From: Dicyema japonicum
Lineage: Eukaryota; Animalia; Dicyemida
DNA: 39,383 nt
Assembly (NCBI GenBank): GCA_011109175.1
Contig: RDEW01000149.1
Location: forward strand, 1-39,383
Direction of reading: 5' to 3'
Both the position numbers and the translations under genes were made by a program. The notes under the pieces are model-generated. The model had not been told where the DNA came from and ran no database searches. It saw only the letters and a list, made by a program, of their open reading frames with translations. This document shows positions 1 to 11,690 of this stretch, piece after piece; the stretch's first letter is position 1; each line of letters starts with the position of its first letter.

Positions 1-255
1 GCAATCTATGAAAATGAAAACTCAATTTATAATAATGAAACAAGCAATTATAAAAAAAAAATTAATGACAATTAATGAAAAAATTTATAAATAATAATGA
101 NTTTACTTTCAAAAAAGATGAGTCGACCTCTTCAAGAGATCGGTCCCTTAGAAAATTAAAATTCTAAAAAAGGGAACCGAATTTATTGGAACGTCAATCA
201 AGAATTTATACTGAAATAAACAGAAATATTGAAGAAAATGATAGTAAGATATTTT

Positions 256-667
256 TTATACAGTCCGGTCTGTGTTTAAACAATATGATGGGTGTATCAA
301 CTCAAATTTGGACTCGCTCTACGTGCAGTATATTCAACCGTCTCTAACTTACGGTGTGCTGCATGAGGAACCAACCTATCATACAGGAATAAAGAAAAAA
401 TCAATACTTTCCAAAAAATTGCCATTAAGGCTTTGCAAAGGTTTTCTTGGACACCTCTAAACCCTACACTTTTTGAGGAAATAGTGAGGAAAACCGGAGC
501 CTTACTACCCTCCAAAAAAGTTAGAAACCCCGCCCAATTCGGAAATGCGTTGGAACCCAGGAAGAACACCGAGCAAGAATGAGATGGCTACTCGAGGCGG
601 CCGGAATCACCTGACGGCTATGTAGTTATTTAATTTGTTGGTGATTTTTGGTTTTTAATAATAATAA
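256..667 (+). mobile_element. 5'-truncated 3' end of a non-LTR retrotransposon, diverged relative of the 861-3881 element
   Basis: Translates across frameshifts to SLYVQYIQPSLTYG and CVGTQEEHRARMRWLLEAAGIT*, matching TLYQQTIAPAIEYA and VVGTMEDHRRRMAQVIARTGIT* of the 926-3094 ORF; (TAA)n tail near 656-667. Confidence 0.7.
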
Positions 668-925
668 TTGTCATTTATCAGTAATGATGATGAGTACTAG
701 TTTGACTTTGAGAGGGTGAATTTGCAGTCTTATAAAAGAATGAATAGGAAGATTGGAGTGCATCGATCAAAATACTTGAAATAATAGTTAATTATCACTT
801 GTTAATTGATAACAATTGGCCTTAGTTAACTTTGATGTAATTATTTTTATTTTTGACGATTTATTTATTTATTTATTTTAATAACCCCGGGAACACCGAG
901 AAAGAAAGACAAAAGAGTCAGACAG

Positions 926-3867
926 TTAGGTGATCCCAGTCCTCGCAATCACTTGTGCCATTCGACGTCTGTGATCCTCCATCGTCCCCACTACTTTCCG
1001 GAAGAGCCTTCTCTCGGTTTTGCAGAGGAATCCGATCGGGGAGGGGAATTTCTTATCCAATCGGTTTTCTCTTGCCATGGGAAGGATTAGGCGAAGCGGA
1101 TTTCCATCTTCCTCACAGAGGCGAAGAAATCCGGAGCCACGACTACGGATCTTAGCTTCCATGAGTAGTGGGTCGACTGTTGATCCATTACGTGAGGAAA
1201 GCATAGTGATTGTTTTCCGGTATATCGAGTTGATTCTTTGGACCAAAGACTCCGATAGCCCGAATCTCCATGCAACGGAGGCATACTCAATGGCAGGCGC
1301 GATTGTTTGTTGGTAGAGTGTAGAAACGGAAAAGTCCATGTTCCTCGTGGTCCTCCGAACAAGGGCGCGTATAACGTTAACTTTCTGGAGGCCCCTGGTG
1401 ATCATGTCTGTTGCGTGGGAGTTGAATTTGAGAAGGGTGTCGTACTTGACTCCAAGGACAATGGGGGACTTTGTCACTGGAATCCTAGTGGGACCAATGA
1501 AAAGACTCGGTTCATCCTTGGAACGACGGTCCGACGTGAATGTGGAACAGATAGACTTGGTTGCAGAAATCGTTAGTCGATTGCCAGCAATCCAATCGTG
1601 GAGAATGTTCAATTTTGTCTGAGTTTTAAGGGATGCGACTTGAGTCGAGCGGTTCCGTATTGCAATGACTACGTCGTCTGCGTAGGATAATAACAGGGAA
1701 TCTTCGTCTCCATCATTAGGTAGGTCGTGTAGGAAAAGGTTGAATAGAATTGGTGAAAGTGGAGACCCCTGGGGTACCCCGTTCGGTAGTAATCGTGATC
1801 TAGATCTGAGATCACCACTGACTACTCTTCCACGTCTTCCAGACAAAAAGTTGGCCAGCCATAATTTCACATTCGGACGAATATTAGTAGAAAAAATTTT
1901 TCCAACCAAGATTTTCCTCGAAACAGTGTCAAAGGCTTTGTTGATGTCAATAGAAACCAAGATTGTGCGTTTGTGAGGCGGAGGATGGGTGTTAAAACCG
2001 TCGGCAATGAACTGCGATAAAGTTGCCAAGTATGTAGCGGTGGACCTACCGCGGAGGAAACCATGTTGAAATATAGGACGCGGAAGATACGGAATAATGA
2101 CTGATAATACAAGTTTCTCCATAATTTTTGACAGTGTGCTGGTAACGGAAATAGGCCTGTAGGATGCAGGTTCTGTCTCTGGTTTCCCAGCCTTCAATAT
2201 CGGTCTGATGATAGAATTCTTCCAAATCTTAGGAATAATATTATAGTTAATGGACAGATTGTATATATGCGTGAGGTAGCCAATTGCGTAGTGGCTTAGG
2301 TGTTTTAGGTGAATAGAAGATACTTTGTCAGGCCCGCACGCCCGTGAGCTCTTTAATCTGGTGATCACATCCAAGACTTGGTCATCTGTGAATAGTTCGT
2401 GATAAGGTTCCTTCTTCGGTTTATGGGCACGCACCTTAATGTCCAGGTGTTTCGAGAATGGTTTGAAGCTAATTCCAGCGTAATGTTTCATAAGGATGTT
2501 AGGATGTAGGTGGCATAAGTGTTCAGGAGAAGACTTTCCGGTTCCGTCTGCATCATCCAGCTCCGACTTGACTTGTTTAAGAGTTTTCCAGAAGTGTCGG
2601 GATGTACTTTTCCTGTCGAGGTGGTTAACTAGATGCTGCCATCTCTTGTCCTTGTGTTCTTTTATGCTCTGACAGATTCTTTTATTCAGTTGTCTGAGGG
2701 CTGTCAAAGACTTCATGTCCAACAGATGGCATCTCTTCAGCCGGTCTCTTTGTTTTATAAGACTTATTGTATAAGAGCTGAGGGTAGGAATAAACTTCTT
2801 GTATGACGATATAGGAATAAAAATATGGTCAGCTTTCTGAATGGCAGCGCTGATAATTTCTGCGGCCTCGTCAATAGAGCGTATTGGGAAGGATAATCTC
2901 CCGGCCAAGAATTTATCCACAAGGTTACTGAAACCAGACCAGTCAACCTTCGTATAATCCTTGAATCTTTTTGATTCCGCCGACCGTCTCCTGTATCGTC
3001 GAAGACCTCTCAATTTTAGAAGGATTGGATTGTGGTCACTGGGAAGCCGTAAAAGACGTTCCAGGAAATGAGTCCAGCCAGAGAAGGTGAGCATAATGTT
3101 AAGTCGGGGGATGTGCAGCTATCAGTCATCCTTAATGGGGTCCTCGTATGTGAGTTAGGGTTGTTCAGTATAATCAGGTCAGGAAGATAATTTGCAATGA
3201 GTTCTCCTCGGTTATCAGAGGATTGGGAAGTGAGCCAAACGGGATGTCGTGCATTAAGATCCCCACATAACAGTAGATTTTTCAATGTTGAAATGCGTGA
3301 TAAATCAGGGGTGTAAGATGACGGACACGATCCTTGTGGAGGAATATATATATTAGCCAAATGGATCCAAAAGGATGGGAATAACTCGATTTTGACAGTA
3401 ATCTGCTCCAAAGTCTTGTCGGAGCCAAGAAGCTCCGAGGTTCGTTGGGTTGTATCCATAAAAAGAATATCGTTCTTTATAATAGTAAGTAGTCCTCCTC
3501 CGCGTCCTCCCTGACGATCTTTACGGATCACTGTGTATCCGGGAAAAGAGGGTGTTGGTATGGAGGGAGATAGCTTGGACTCCTGTATTAAAGCGAGGTC
3601 AGCCTCATTTTCGCGGAGGAGTGCCCGGAGTTCAAAGATTTTCTTCCTGATCCCATTCGTATTCAGTTGTATAATTGTAAAACCTCTCCATGGACCAGGA
3701 TTGGTTTCGACGTCCCCACATAGAAGAATCAAAAGTCTGGATAAATGGGGACACCAGACAGGGTCGAAGACACAGAGAGATGAAAGGACCACCAGACGGT
3801 GGGGAGAAGCTGTTGGCTCTTTTCGTTCCATTTTGGAATGGGTGACACCGTTTCTGGTGAGCCACAT
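926..3867 (-). pseudogene. 2A-APE-RT polyprotein (~980 aa) with one 1-nt frameshift near 3047
   Basis: ORF 3016-3867 (2A+APE) and ORF 926-3094 (end of APE + RT) join as WNVFYG/LPSDH if one base is restored. Confidence 0.85.
3691..3738 (-). other. 2A-like (StopGo) ribosomal skipping peptide RLLILLCGDVETNPG|P
   Basis: Exact GD(V/I)ExNPGP consensus preceded by a hydrophobic run, immediately before the APE domain. Confidence 0.9.
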
Positions 3868-3949
3868 GACACCACGCTAACATTTTTGACGATGATTGAC
3901 AGTGATGGATCACTCTCAGCGCTCGCGACATAATATCTTTGATTATCAG

Positions 3950-5300
3950 AATTTTAATGTGTCAACGCTATATTTTAGCGTATTTCAGAAAGATAGTTTG
4001 GAGTATGAAATTTTGAAAAATGCATCGCAAAATATAAGCTATTTAATAAGAATCACAATTGTCAAACGTTGGAAAAGCTCTATAACAGCCGTCAAAACAT
4101 ATCCAGGGGCAGACTGTGGAACAAACCATCAGCTACTTGTCGCAAAATTTAGGACGAAATTCAAAGAAATTCGATGTCTCAAACATACCACCAGAATACT
4201 CAATGGAAGTTAAGCACAATATTGGATTACTGGATTTGAACAGAAGGATGCCTGACGAATAATGGAGTGATATGCAGTTGGTTATCAGGAAGGCTGCAAT
4301 AAAACATGTCAAATACAAAACGCTCTCTGTCAACACCCTAAACATAGCTGAGGCTCGTAAAGCTGCTAAAGTCTCTGGGAATATAGACGAGACAAGAAAA
4401 CTTAACTCTGAATTCTAAAAGGCAGCCAGGAAGGATAAAGAAGACTACTTAAGGTTACGCTGCAAAAAATTGGAAGATGACTGTAGAGAGGTCACACAAG
4501 GAATGCGTATTTACGACTAAAAAGATTATGAGCCCCCTTATGATAATCAAGGACAAGGATGGTGTTGAATTGCTAGGCCAACAGAACATCCGAAATCGTT
4601 GGAGAGAATATACGGAATGGATATATCCAGAAACTGTGTGCTCATCCATTTATGTTGATGAATCAACGTTGGGTGAGGGACATAAAATCCTTGAGGAGGA
4701 ATGCGTGTGGGCTACATGGCAATTAACGGGGAACAAGGCACCGGGGATTGACATATCTCAAGTGAATTGTTGAAGGCTATACAGCTATCACCAGTCTATG
4801 TCAAAAAATTGGGAAACTGGTATTTGGCCACGTGAGTGGAAAAGATCTATATTTATTCTAATACCGAAAAAAAGGGGATAGCAAGGACTGTTAAAACTAT
4901 CGTACAATAGCCTTAATTCCCCACGTCAGCAAAATACTTCTAAAGATAATACAACATCGTCTAATGGCAAATGCCGAAATGATTCTACCGGATGTCCAAG
5001 CAAGATTCAGGAAAAAACGAGGCACACGTGACCATATAGCAAATGTCTGGTGGATTATGGAGAAGGCCCATGAATTCCAAAAGAATGTATACATGTGCTT
5101 CATTGACTATCGTTACCATATTAATCTTATATTACATTTTGGTTCAAAATTGGTAAAGGAGTAAGATAGGGATATCTCCCATCCTATTCAATATTTATGC
5201 CGAAATGATCATGACTAAATTGGATACTGTATCAAATAACGGGATAAAAATTGGAGGCAAGAACATTAATAATTTGCGCTATGCTGACGATACAACGATG
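3950..5300 (+). mobile_element. Degenerate RTE-clade (BovB-like) LINE fragment
   Basis: Motifs TYPGADCGTNHQLLVAKF, KAPGID, NYRTIALIPHVSKILL, GTRDHIANVWWIMEKAHEFQKNVYMCFIDY, GIKIGGKNINNLRYADDTT; many stops, frameshifts and deletions. Confidence 0.85.
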
Positions 5301-5507
5301 CAAGTACTGAACGTATTTTTCTTTTTATGTTGATTCCGGATGGACTCTGTTTCCGTAAAAGTGAAACTGGATACACTTAATTAGTTGTTTACTTTAACTT
5401 CTTTCTCCATGTATCCGGGGTTAACAAATTAATAATAAGAAGGATCAGAAGGTTATGCTTAAAACTGGAATGATTGTGAGTTCTTTTAGAGCATGGGTCC
5501 TTGATTG

Positions 5508-6140
5508 ATTATTATTAATAGCACTGTCCGCGGAACCAGAAAAGTTAACTAATTTGAGATTCCACTTTTGCCATGCATGTCTGGACACGCGCTGTGAGTC
5601 GTTTCCATCCTCCCCTGTTTTTCGCAACCGCCCTCAGATCATCCAGATCCTCTCCTGTTTTCAGTTTTCTTCCTATGCAAGTGAGTTCTTTGTCGAGCGT
5701 CGACGGAAAAGTTGTTCTGTGTCGACCTCGATACGTTATTTTGTTTAATACAGAAAAGTATGATTCCATGGCCTGATTGACCGGTGCCATTTCCGAAGCT
5801 CTTAGGATATGTCCAAAGAGCTGCCATTTCGCAGAAGTAACTTTATTACCAATCTTTGTTGTTTGAGTAATTCTATATAGCTCGTCATTGGTTATCTGTT
5901 TTGGCCAGTAGACTCCCAGAAGTCGTAGTTGTTTTCTATGGAAAGAGTTGAGGTTTTTCAGTTCTTTGGTGGTTAGGCCCCAGGTCCCCGCGTTATAAAG
6001 TAGAATTGGTTCAATAAAAAAGTTGTACAACCGAATTTGAAGGCGAGTGCCTATGTACTTTCGTCGCATCCAGATCGCCCACAATTTTTTGAAAGAAGCA
6101 ATCGCCAGAACTTTCCTGTGAATAACGTCCTCCGAGTTTT
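5508..6140 (-). mobile_element. 5'-truncated 3' end of RTE-like LINE, same family as 12003-15112
   Basis: RLYNFFIEPILLYNAGTWG...WQLFGHILR...DDLRAVAKNRGGWKRL aligns with ORF 12151-13029; (TAA)n tail near 5508-5520. Confidence 0.85.
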
Positions 6141-6214
6141 TGAAGACACATTTGTTGTCATTCCTATGTAAATCATATTTAATATATGTATCTTATTTTT
6201 TATGTTCATGGATG

Positions 6215-6930
6215 TTGGTCATCGTTTTTTCCACGGCATGTAACATATTGGATGGGCAAAGGGGGTCGACGCAAGTACCATCCCATACCAAAGGTTTCCG
6301 AATGGGAAAATTGAGATTCCGTCAAACAGTTTTCCGTCTCCTCTGTCCAAACCAACAGGTTCAAGTTTGGAGGGGTATCCAGCAGACTCTACGGCTCGCT
6401 TAACAATTCCTTTGATCGCCTCATGCCTTGGGGATCGTCCTTCACTTCTTCGACGAGAGAATATGTTGTCCATAACAGTCGACGGTACCTGCCACACCGG
6501 CATTTGTGAGTCTGTCAAATCTTTAGTCCAAGTCTGTTGGAGATCCCGATGAGGACGTAGTTCAATTTTTATGGAATAGAGAGGTATGTGCGTCCAGCAT
6601 CTCCAGACGTCTGAATGTTGTTTTTAGTTGTTCTATTGTTCTGAGATTTTTACTGATTCCAGTATCTGTAAAAAGGGAATCCAAATATTTTCAGTTGTTC
6701 TGCTTTGGTTTCTCTGGCTTTTGGAATGATCTCTCTTAACATCGCTAAGATCGAGTCCCATTCAGGCTGCGAAAATCCAAAATTGGAAATTCACACTTCG
6801 AGGTGTTTAGAGTTAGGCATAGGGATTCCATTTGGACTATCAGATTTTTTAACTCGCGATAGATATAAGGGCAGCTTTGGGGATCCTAATCAGGAGTCTT
6901 CGTGTGTGTGTCAGGTTTGAGATCAATTCA
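6215..6930 (-). mobile_element. Internally deleted CRE-type RLE non-LTR retrotransposon fragment
   Basis: LLIRIPKAA, LTLNTSKCE, GRSPRHEAIK...LEPVGLDRGDGK..DGISIFPF and WDGTC motifs typical of CRE RT-RLE proteins. Confidence 0.7.
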
Positions 6931-8320
6931 AGTACTTCCAGATGACCCAATGGAACATGTTCAGAAGGGCCTCCTAGAGATGCTTGAAAACGATGAGTTT
7001 CAGTAGAACTAGGATATATTTTTATAGACATTAACTTTAACCTCTCTCTGGTTATAACGTTACTCGTCCAATAGTCAATACTTAGTATATTGTTGCTTAA
7101 TAAGGGAAAGTGAATCTCTTAGGTAAATCTGCGGGTGGTTTTCTTCACGATTGGGTGATCCACATGAACACCATCTTTTTGGTCAGGAGAGTTTAGTTCT
7201 CATTTATAGTTCATTCGGACATTTCCGGTGTGGACATCATGTTGCATACTTACAGGAGGAAATTGAACAGCCGGACTCTTCACTGTGTTTTTATGTAAGG
7301 CTTCTATTATTCTATTATTCTACAACTTTTCCAGCCCAACAGATCTATTTGACTGAACTTTGGAAACACCCATTTTGGTTGTTATTTCCTATTAACCACC
7401 GTTTTCCTTCATTTAAAGAGATAGTACGTCAATGTTACCGTCGAAAAGTAATTGCAATCTAAGTACATTAATAATCAATACAATTCTTTTAGTACAGTCA
7501 ATTGAGATTTTATGTTCTTAAGCCTCCTACTGATAACATTTTATTATTTTTCGTACTTTCATGATTATAAGTAAAGAAATTGAAATATTTGTTAATTATG
7601 TCAAGATCACTCAAACAAATCAGACACACGTTGTCGAGAGAACAGCAACGAACAATAGCAATTCCATGACATTGCCGGAACCCATAGTTGTATGTTAAAG
7701 AGTGTCTATTGTGGAAAATGTTTAATATCAATTTTAATAATTACATTGGAAATATTTTTGTTTCGTCTTAATATTAGCATGACTGGTTATTCTACCTCCG
7801 GGGGACTGGTTTATATTGTCGGACACAAAAAGCATTTCTTTGAGGCTAGAATGTGAAAACCACAACAATGGGGAGTATTTATACTTTTTTATCGATAAAG
7901 AAAATCATTCAAATATATGGGATGCTGCATGAAGAGAAGCAAAATAATCGGACCCGATCGCCAGAAGAGATCACCTTTTCCACGGAAATCCTAATTATGA
8001 GTCTTAGCGTGTATGTCAGATTTGAAATAGTGTCTGGTGGTCCAAAAGCACTTGTTCGAAGGCAAGTGTGGAGTTGTTTGAGTGGTACGTCCTGGAGGAA
8101 GACATGATTGGGAATGCCAATCAATAATAGACTCTTTAGTCATTCCATAACAGACAAAGTTAGCCTAATTCCTAATTGTACCAGTATAGTCCATATAAAA
8201 TTTCATAAGAGGCTTACAACAATCTACCTAACTGACCCAGGGAAATATACCAGATCCCTCTAATATAGTCCGAAATAATAATAACCCCCAAAACCAAACC
8301 CCAATTATTATTAGCAAATC

Positions 8321-9130
8321 CTAACTAAAAGAATTGCAGATAAATCCCGATCTCTACAAATAAGTACTCAACCAACCAAATAACCGTAAACAGATCTCAC
8401 TCCATTAAATCCAAATTTCGGATATTTCTCATCCATAAATACCTTAATCTACAAATCAGACAAGAGCACTACCGTATAACCATGTTTTTTGATCAAATCG
8501 GCCAATCCATCCTGCAAGGACAGACATTCTTTGCTGAAAAGACGGTTGGCAATAATTCTGATTACCTTATGCAGTATAAAGTTGAGAATTCTCTCTTCTA
8601 AATCAAAACTGAAAATTTTCCGGATCCGATTCAGATTAAGGAAAATATGGTAGGGATTGAATAAATATCTGATTTTTTTCATAAATGATTTTCCAAAATT
8701 TTTTTTGGTACTAATTTCAATTCTCTTGGGAATAGAATTGTTCGTCTCAGGGAAAAATTTTTGAAATTTGTCGTAGAGTGCATGGATTAGCAGATTTTTA
8801 ACTTTCCCAAACTCGGTGTCTTCAGTCTCATTTTCAGACCCACAGATCATCCCCGGAAGCTATAATAAAATGTTAAAAAACGTCATTAAAGGTAGCAAGC
8901 GTAAATATTTGATAAATAATTCTCTCAGTAGACAGGACACATTTTTTGTTGTCTCCACAAAATTTTTTAGGCAAATAGTTGATGATTGTGTACTAAAATT
9001 AGTGTTGTTTTACTTGATGCTCAGCATGTTTTAAGTAAACAGAAAGCGCTGAGATAACTTTTTTACATGGATCGAATGAAATTACAATGTGTAATTGGGT
9101 CAACCAAATCAATACAACAAAAGACAGCAT
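8321..9130 (-). CDS. Secreted saposin-B-like protein, ~239 aa, 5 exons
   Basis: Exons 9130-9014, 8992-8882, 8859-8473, 8448-8377, 8353-8321 join in frame via GT-AG introns of 21, 22, 24, 23 nt; hydrophobic N-terminus MLSFVVLIWLTQLHIVIS then PCKKVISAL...FCGDNKKC...LPGMICG saposin-like Cys spacing; last exon less certain. Confidence 0.6.
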
Positions 9131-9817
9131 ATTATTGAATTTAATTAATAGTCTATTTAATATTTAATTATTTTATTGTTTAATTTAACAATTAAAATTA
9201 TATAAAATAAATTTGGATTGATCCAGTATTATTATTTACCTCAAGATACAAATAGAAAATATCCACCTATCGTAATAATTGTGGAGTTTAGAAGGATTAT
9301 TTTTTATAAACTCAACAATTTTATCTAGAATGAGTTTGCGTGGATTCAATCGCTAAAATAAGAATAGGGAAAATATCATTTGGATCATTTAATATGTCAC
9401 GAGCCTAGGGTGTTCCCGAGCCTAGGTGGTTACACTTCGGTTATTTTTCGATAAAGATTGAAAATTAATTTATCGTTTGAGATAAATAAAAGAAATTAAA
9501 TTTTTTTTATTAAATAGAAACAGCATAGGGAATTAGTGTCTATTTGAAGAAAAGCAACCGAAGGCCGCATAGGGCATTAGTGTCTATCAGGGATGTAGTT
9601 TCATGAGAGAAATAACTAATGTTCTATCTATGTTTATTTCTCGTGATATACTTATTATTTCTCTATTAAAGTTATTTTTTAACTTCTATTAGTAGAAAAT
9701 ATAATTATTTAATTTATTAATTAAGAAAATAATAATTAAATTTACTAATTTAAAGAACGCTTTAAATTATATTAACTTTTATTATTGAATATTTTTGTTC
9801 GATATTTTCCATTTTCG

Positions 9818-11690
9818 GATATTTTCCAAGTTGGACCTAGTACTCACACCAATTGATCCCTACATTCGAATTGGGATCTACATGGGACTTTTTTAACCAC
9901 ATCATCGGTCCCTGCTGGACGGTTTGGGACCACCGTTGAATAACATACTGGGGAAAGGACTTACAAAGAGAGAACTATCTAGAGATGGCCGTACTGGCTT
10001 TGTACCTACAACGTTCTGGAGATAAATTAGTAATTGGATGGATAGCAAGGCCAACCGGCGTACTGGTAGGTAACTATTCCATAACTTGTTGTTTAATTCA
10101 TTTTTGTTTGTCGATCGTTCGGATGATTGGAAAGAAAGGAAAATCTAGATCTAATCCAGAAAATTATAGACCAATTAGTCTTATTTGTTCAACTTCAAAA
10201 ATTATGGAAAAAATTGTCTTCAATAGATTATCAAAAATAGTTGAGGAAAACAATTTTCAGTGGGGGTTCCGTAAAAATAGAGGAACTGAAGACTGCATCC
10301 GGGAACTTAGGAAGTCAATTCAATAAGTAAGAAAGAATACCTTACTGCAACGTGTTTGGACATATCCAAGGCTTTTGACAGTGTCTGGCATGAAGGACTT
10401 CTCGAGACATTGTCAAAGGCGAACATTGGAAAGTCGGCGCTCATGTGGATTAGAGACTTCCTTATGTGAAGAGAGTCTTATATTCGTTTGGGAAATATGC
10501 TCTCTAAAAAGATAAAACTAAGTAGAGGTGTTCCACAAGGTTCAATTTTGAGTCCCCTCCTCTTCAACTGTATAATGAGCGAGGTGCCAAAACCGGAACA
10601 CATCAATACCAAAATGATAATTTACGCAGACGACATTCTAATTTTGGACACTAGTATAATAAATCAATATCATGGAAAAGAACATTAGCTCATATGTTGA
10701 AAATCGAAGATTGGTGTCGGAATAATGGATTGACATTATCAAGAGAAAAAAGTTCTGTAACCTGGATAGCGAGAAATAGGAAGAATCAATATGTTGATAC
10801 AGGGAATGTTAAATTCTCGAAAAACCTGATATACCTTGGAGTATGCATTAACAAAAAAGGATCGTTTAAAGAGCACATCAAAATACGAAGAGAGAAAGCT
10901 ACGGGAATGCTCAAGTCCCTACTCCGCCTTTCATTTGTCTCCAGATACTTTTATGTTTGTCTACAAAACGTGTATTGAACCTTTCCTAATATATGGATAT
11001 CAAGGTTGGTTTAAAACAGAGGAGGAATCAGTCCTACTAACTAAATTAGAAAAGACAAGAAGGTATGCAATTAAACTCGCACATGGATTGAAATTAGCAT
11101 CTGTAATTGATGACGAATACGAAAGAAAAACGAGAAGAATCGGTGATTTATTATATTGATTGTGGAAACTCGCATTGTAATTGGGGCTTTTTACGGAGAA
11201 GAGACATACGGTGTCTCATGAGAGTGCCCCGATATAGACGACCCCAAATCTTGGCTTTCCTCTTTAGTTAATGGCTCTTTCCTTGTTTAGTAGTTAAGGT
11301 TTTGCGAATAAATTATGTTATGTTACTTGTTTGTTCGAATGGGGTCAATAGCCCTGGGTTTTCCAAACTCCTGATATTTTCCAAGTTGGACCAATACCCA
11401 CACCAATTGATCCCTACATTCGAATTGGATCTACACGGGACTTTGTTAATTACATCATTGGTCTCTGCAGGACGGTTTGGGACCACCGTGAAATAACATA
11501 CTGAGGATAGGACCTACAAAGGAGAACTAACTGGAGATGGCCGTACTGGCTTTGTACTACAACGTTCTGGAAATAAATTAGTAATTGGATGGATATCAAG
11601 GATAAATGGTACCCGGATGAAAAACTCCAGGCAAACCGGCGGACTGGTAGTTACCTATTCCATAACTTGTTTCAATTCATTTCAATTTTT
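9818..11690 (+). repeat. Diverged ~290-320 bp direct repeat pair (9818-10105 and 11373-11690)
   Basis: Shared blocks GATATTTTCCAAGTTGGACC, CACCAATTGATCCCTACATTCGAATTGG, GGACGGTTTGGGACCACCG, GAGATGGCCGTACTGGCTTTGTAC, CTATTCCATAACTTGTT. Confidence 0.9.
10115..11326 (+). mobile_element. 5'-truncated degenerate LINE (RT only) inserted within the 9395-11791 element
   Basis: NYRPISL, QWGFR, DISKAFD, GVPQGSILSP, YADD across frameshifts; approximate TSD TTGTTTGT(T)CGA either side; same family as 25150-27480. Confidence 0.85.

Larger units (their letters stand above)
861..3881 (-). mobile_element. Apparently full-length 3.0-kb single-ORF APE-RT non-LTR retrotransposon (Ingi/Vingi/I-group-like) with N-terminal 2A peptide
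   Basis: 12-bp TSD ATTTTTGACGAT at 849-860 and 3882-3893; (TAAA)n tail at ~861-878; APE motifs (QLNTNG, IQESKL, GDLNA, SDH) and RT motifs (YRPIS, KAFD, PQGSPLSP, YADD). Confidence 0.92.

Noticed and set aside
3040-3060. Programmed -1 frameshift between APE and RT
   Set aside because: No canonical slippery heptamer, and the break falls inside APE before SDH; a 1-nt deletion or sequencing error is simpler
8280-8305. Telomere-like CCCCAAAA run
   Set aside because: Short, irregular and internal; lies in a 3' UTR region
9818-11690. LTR retrotransposon (direct repeats flanking an RT)
   Set aside because: The RT is non-LTR type with its own tail and TSD; the repeats lack TG...CA ends and lie inside a TIR element
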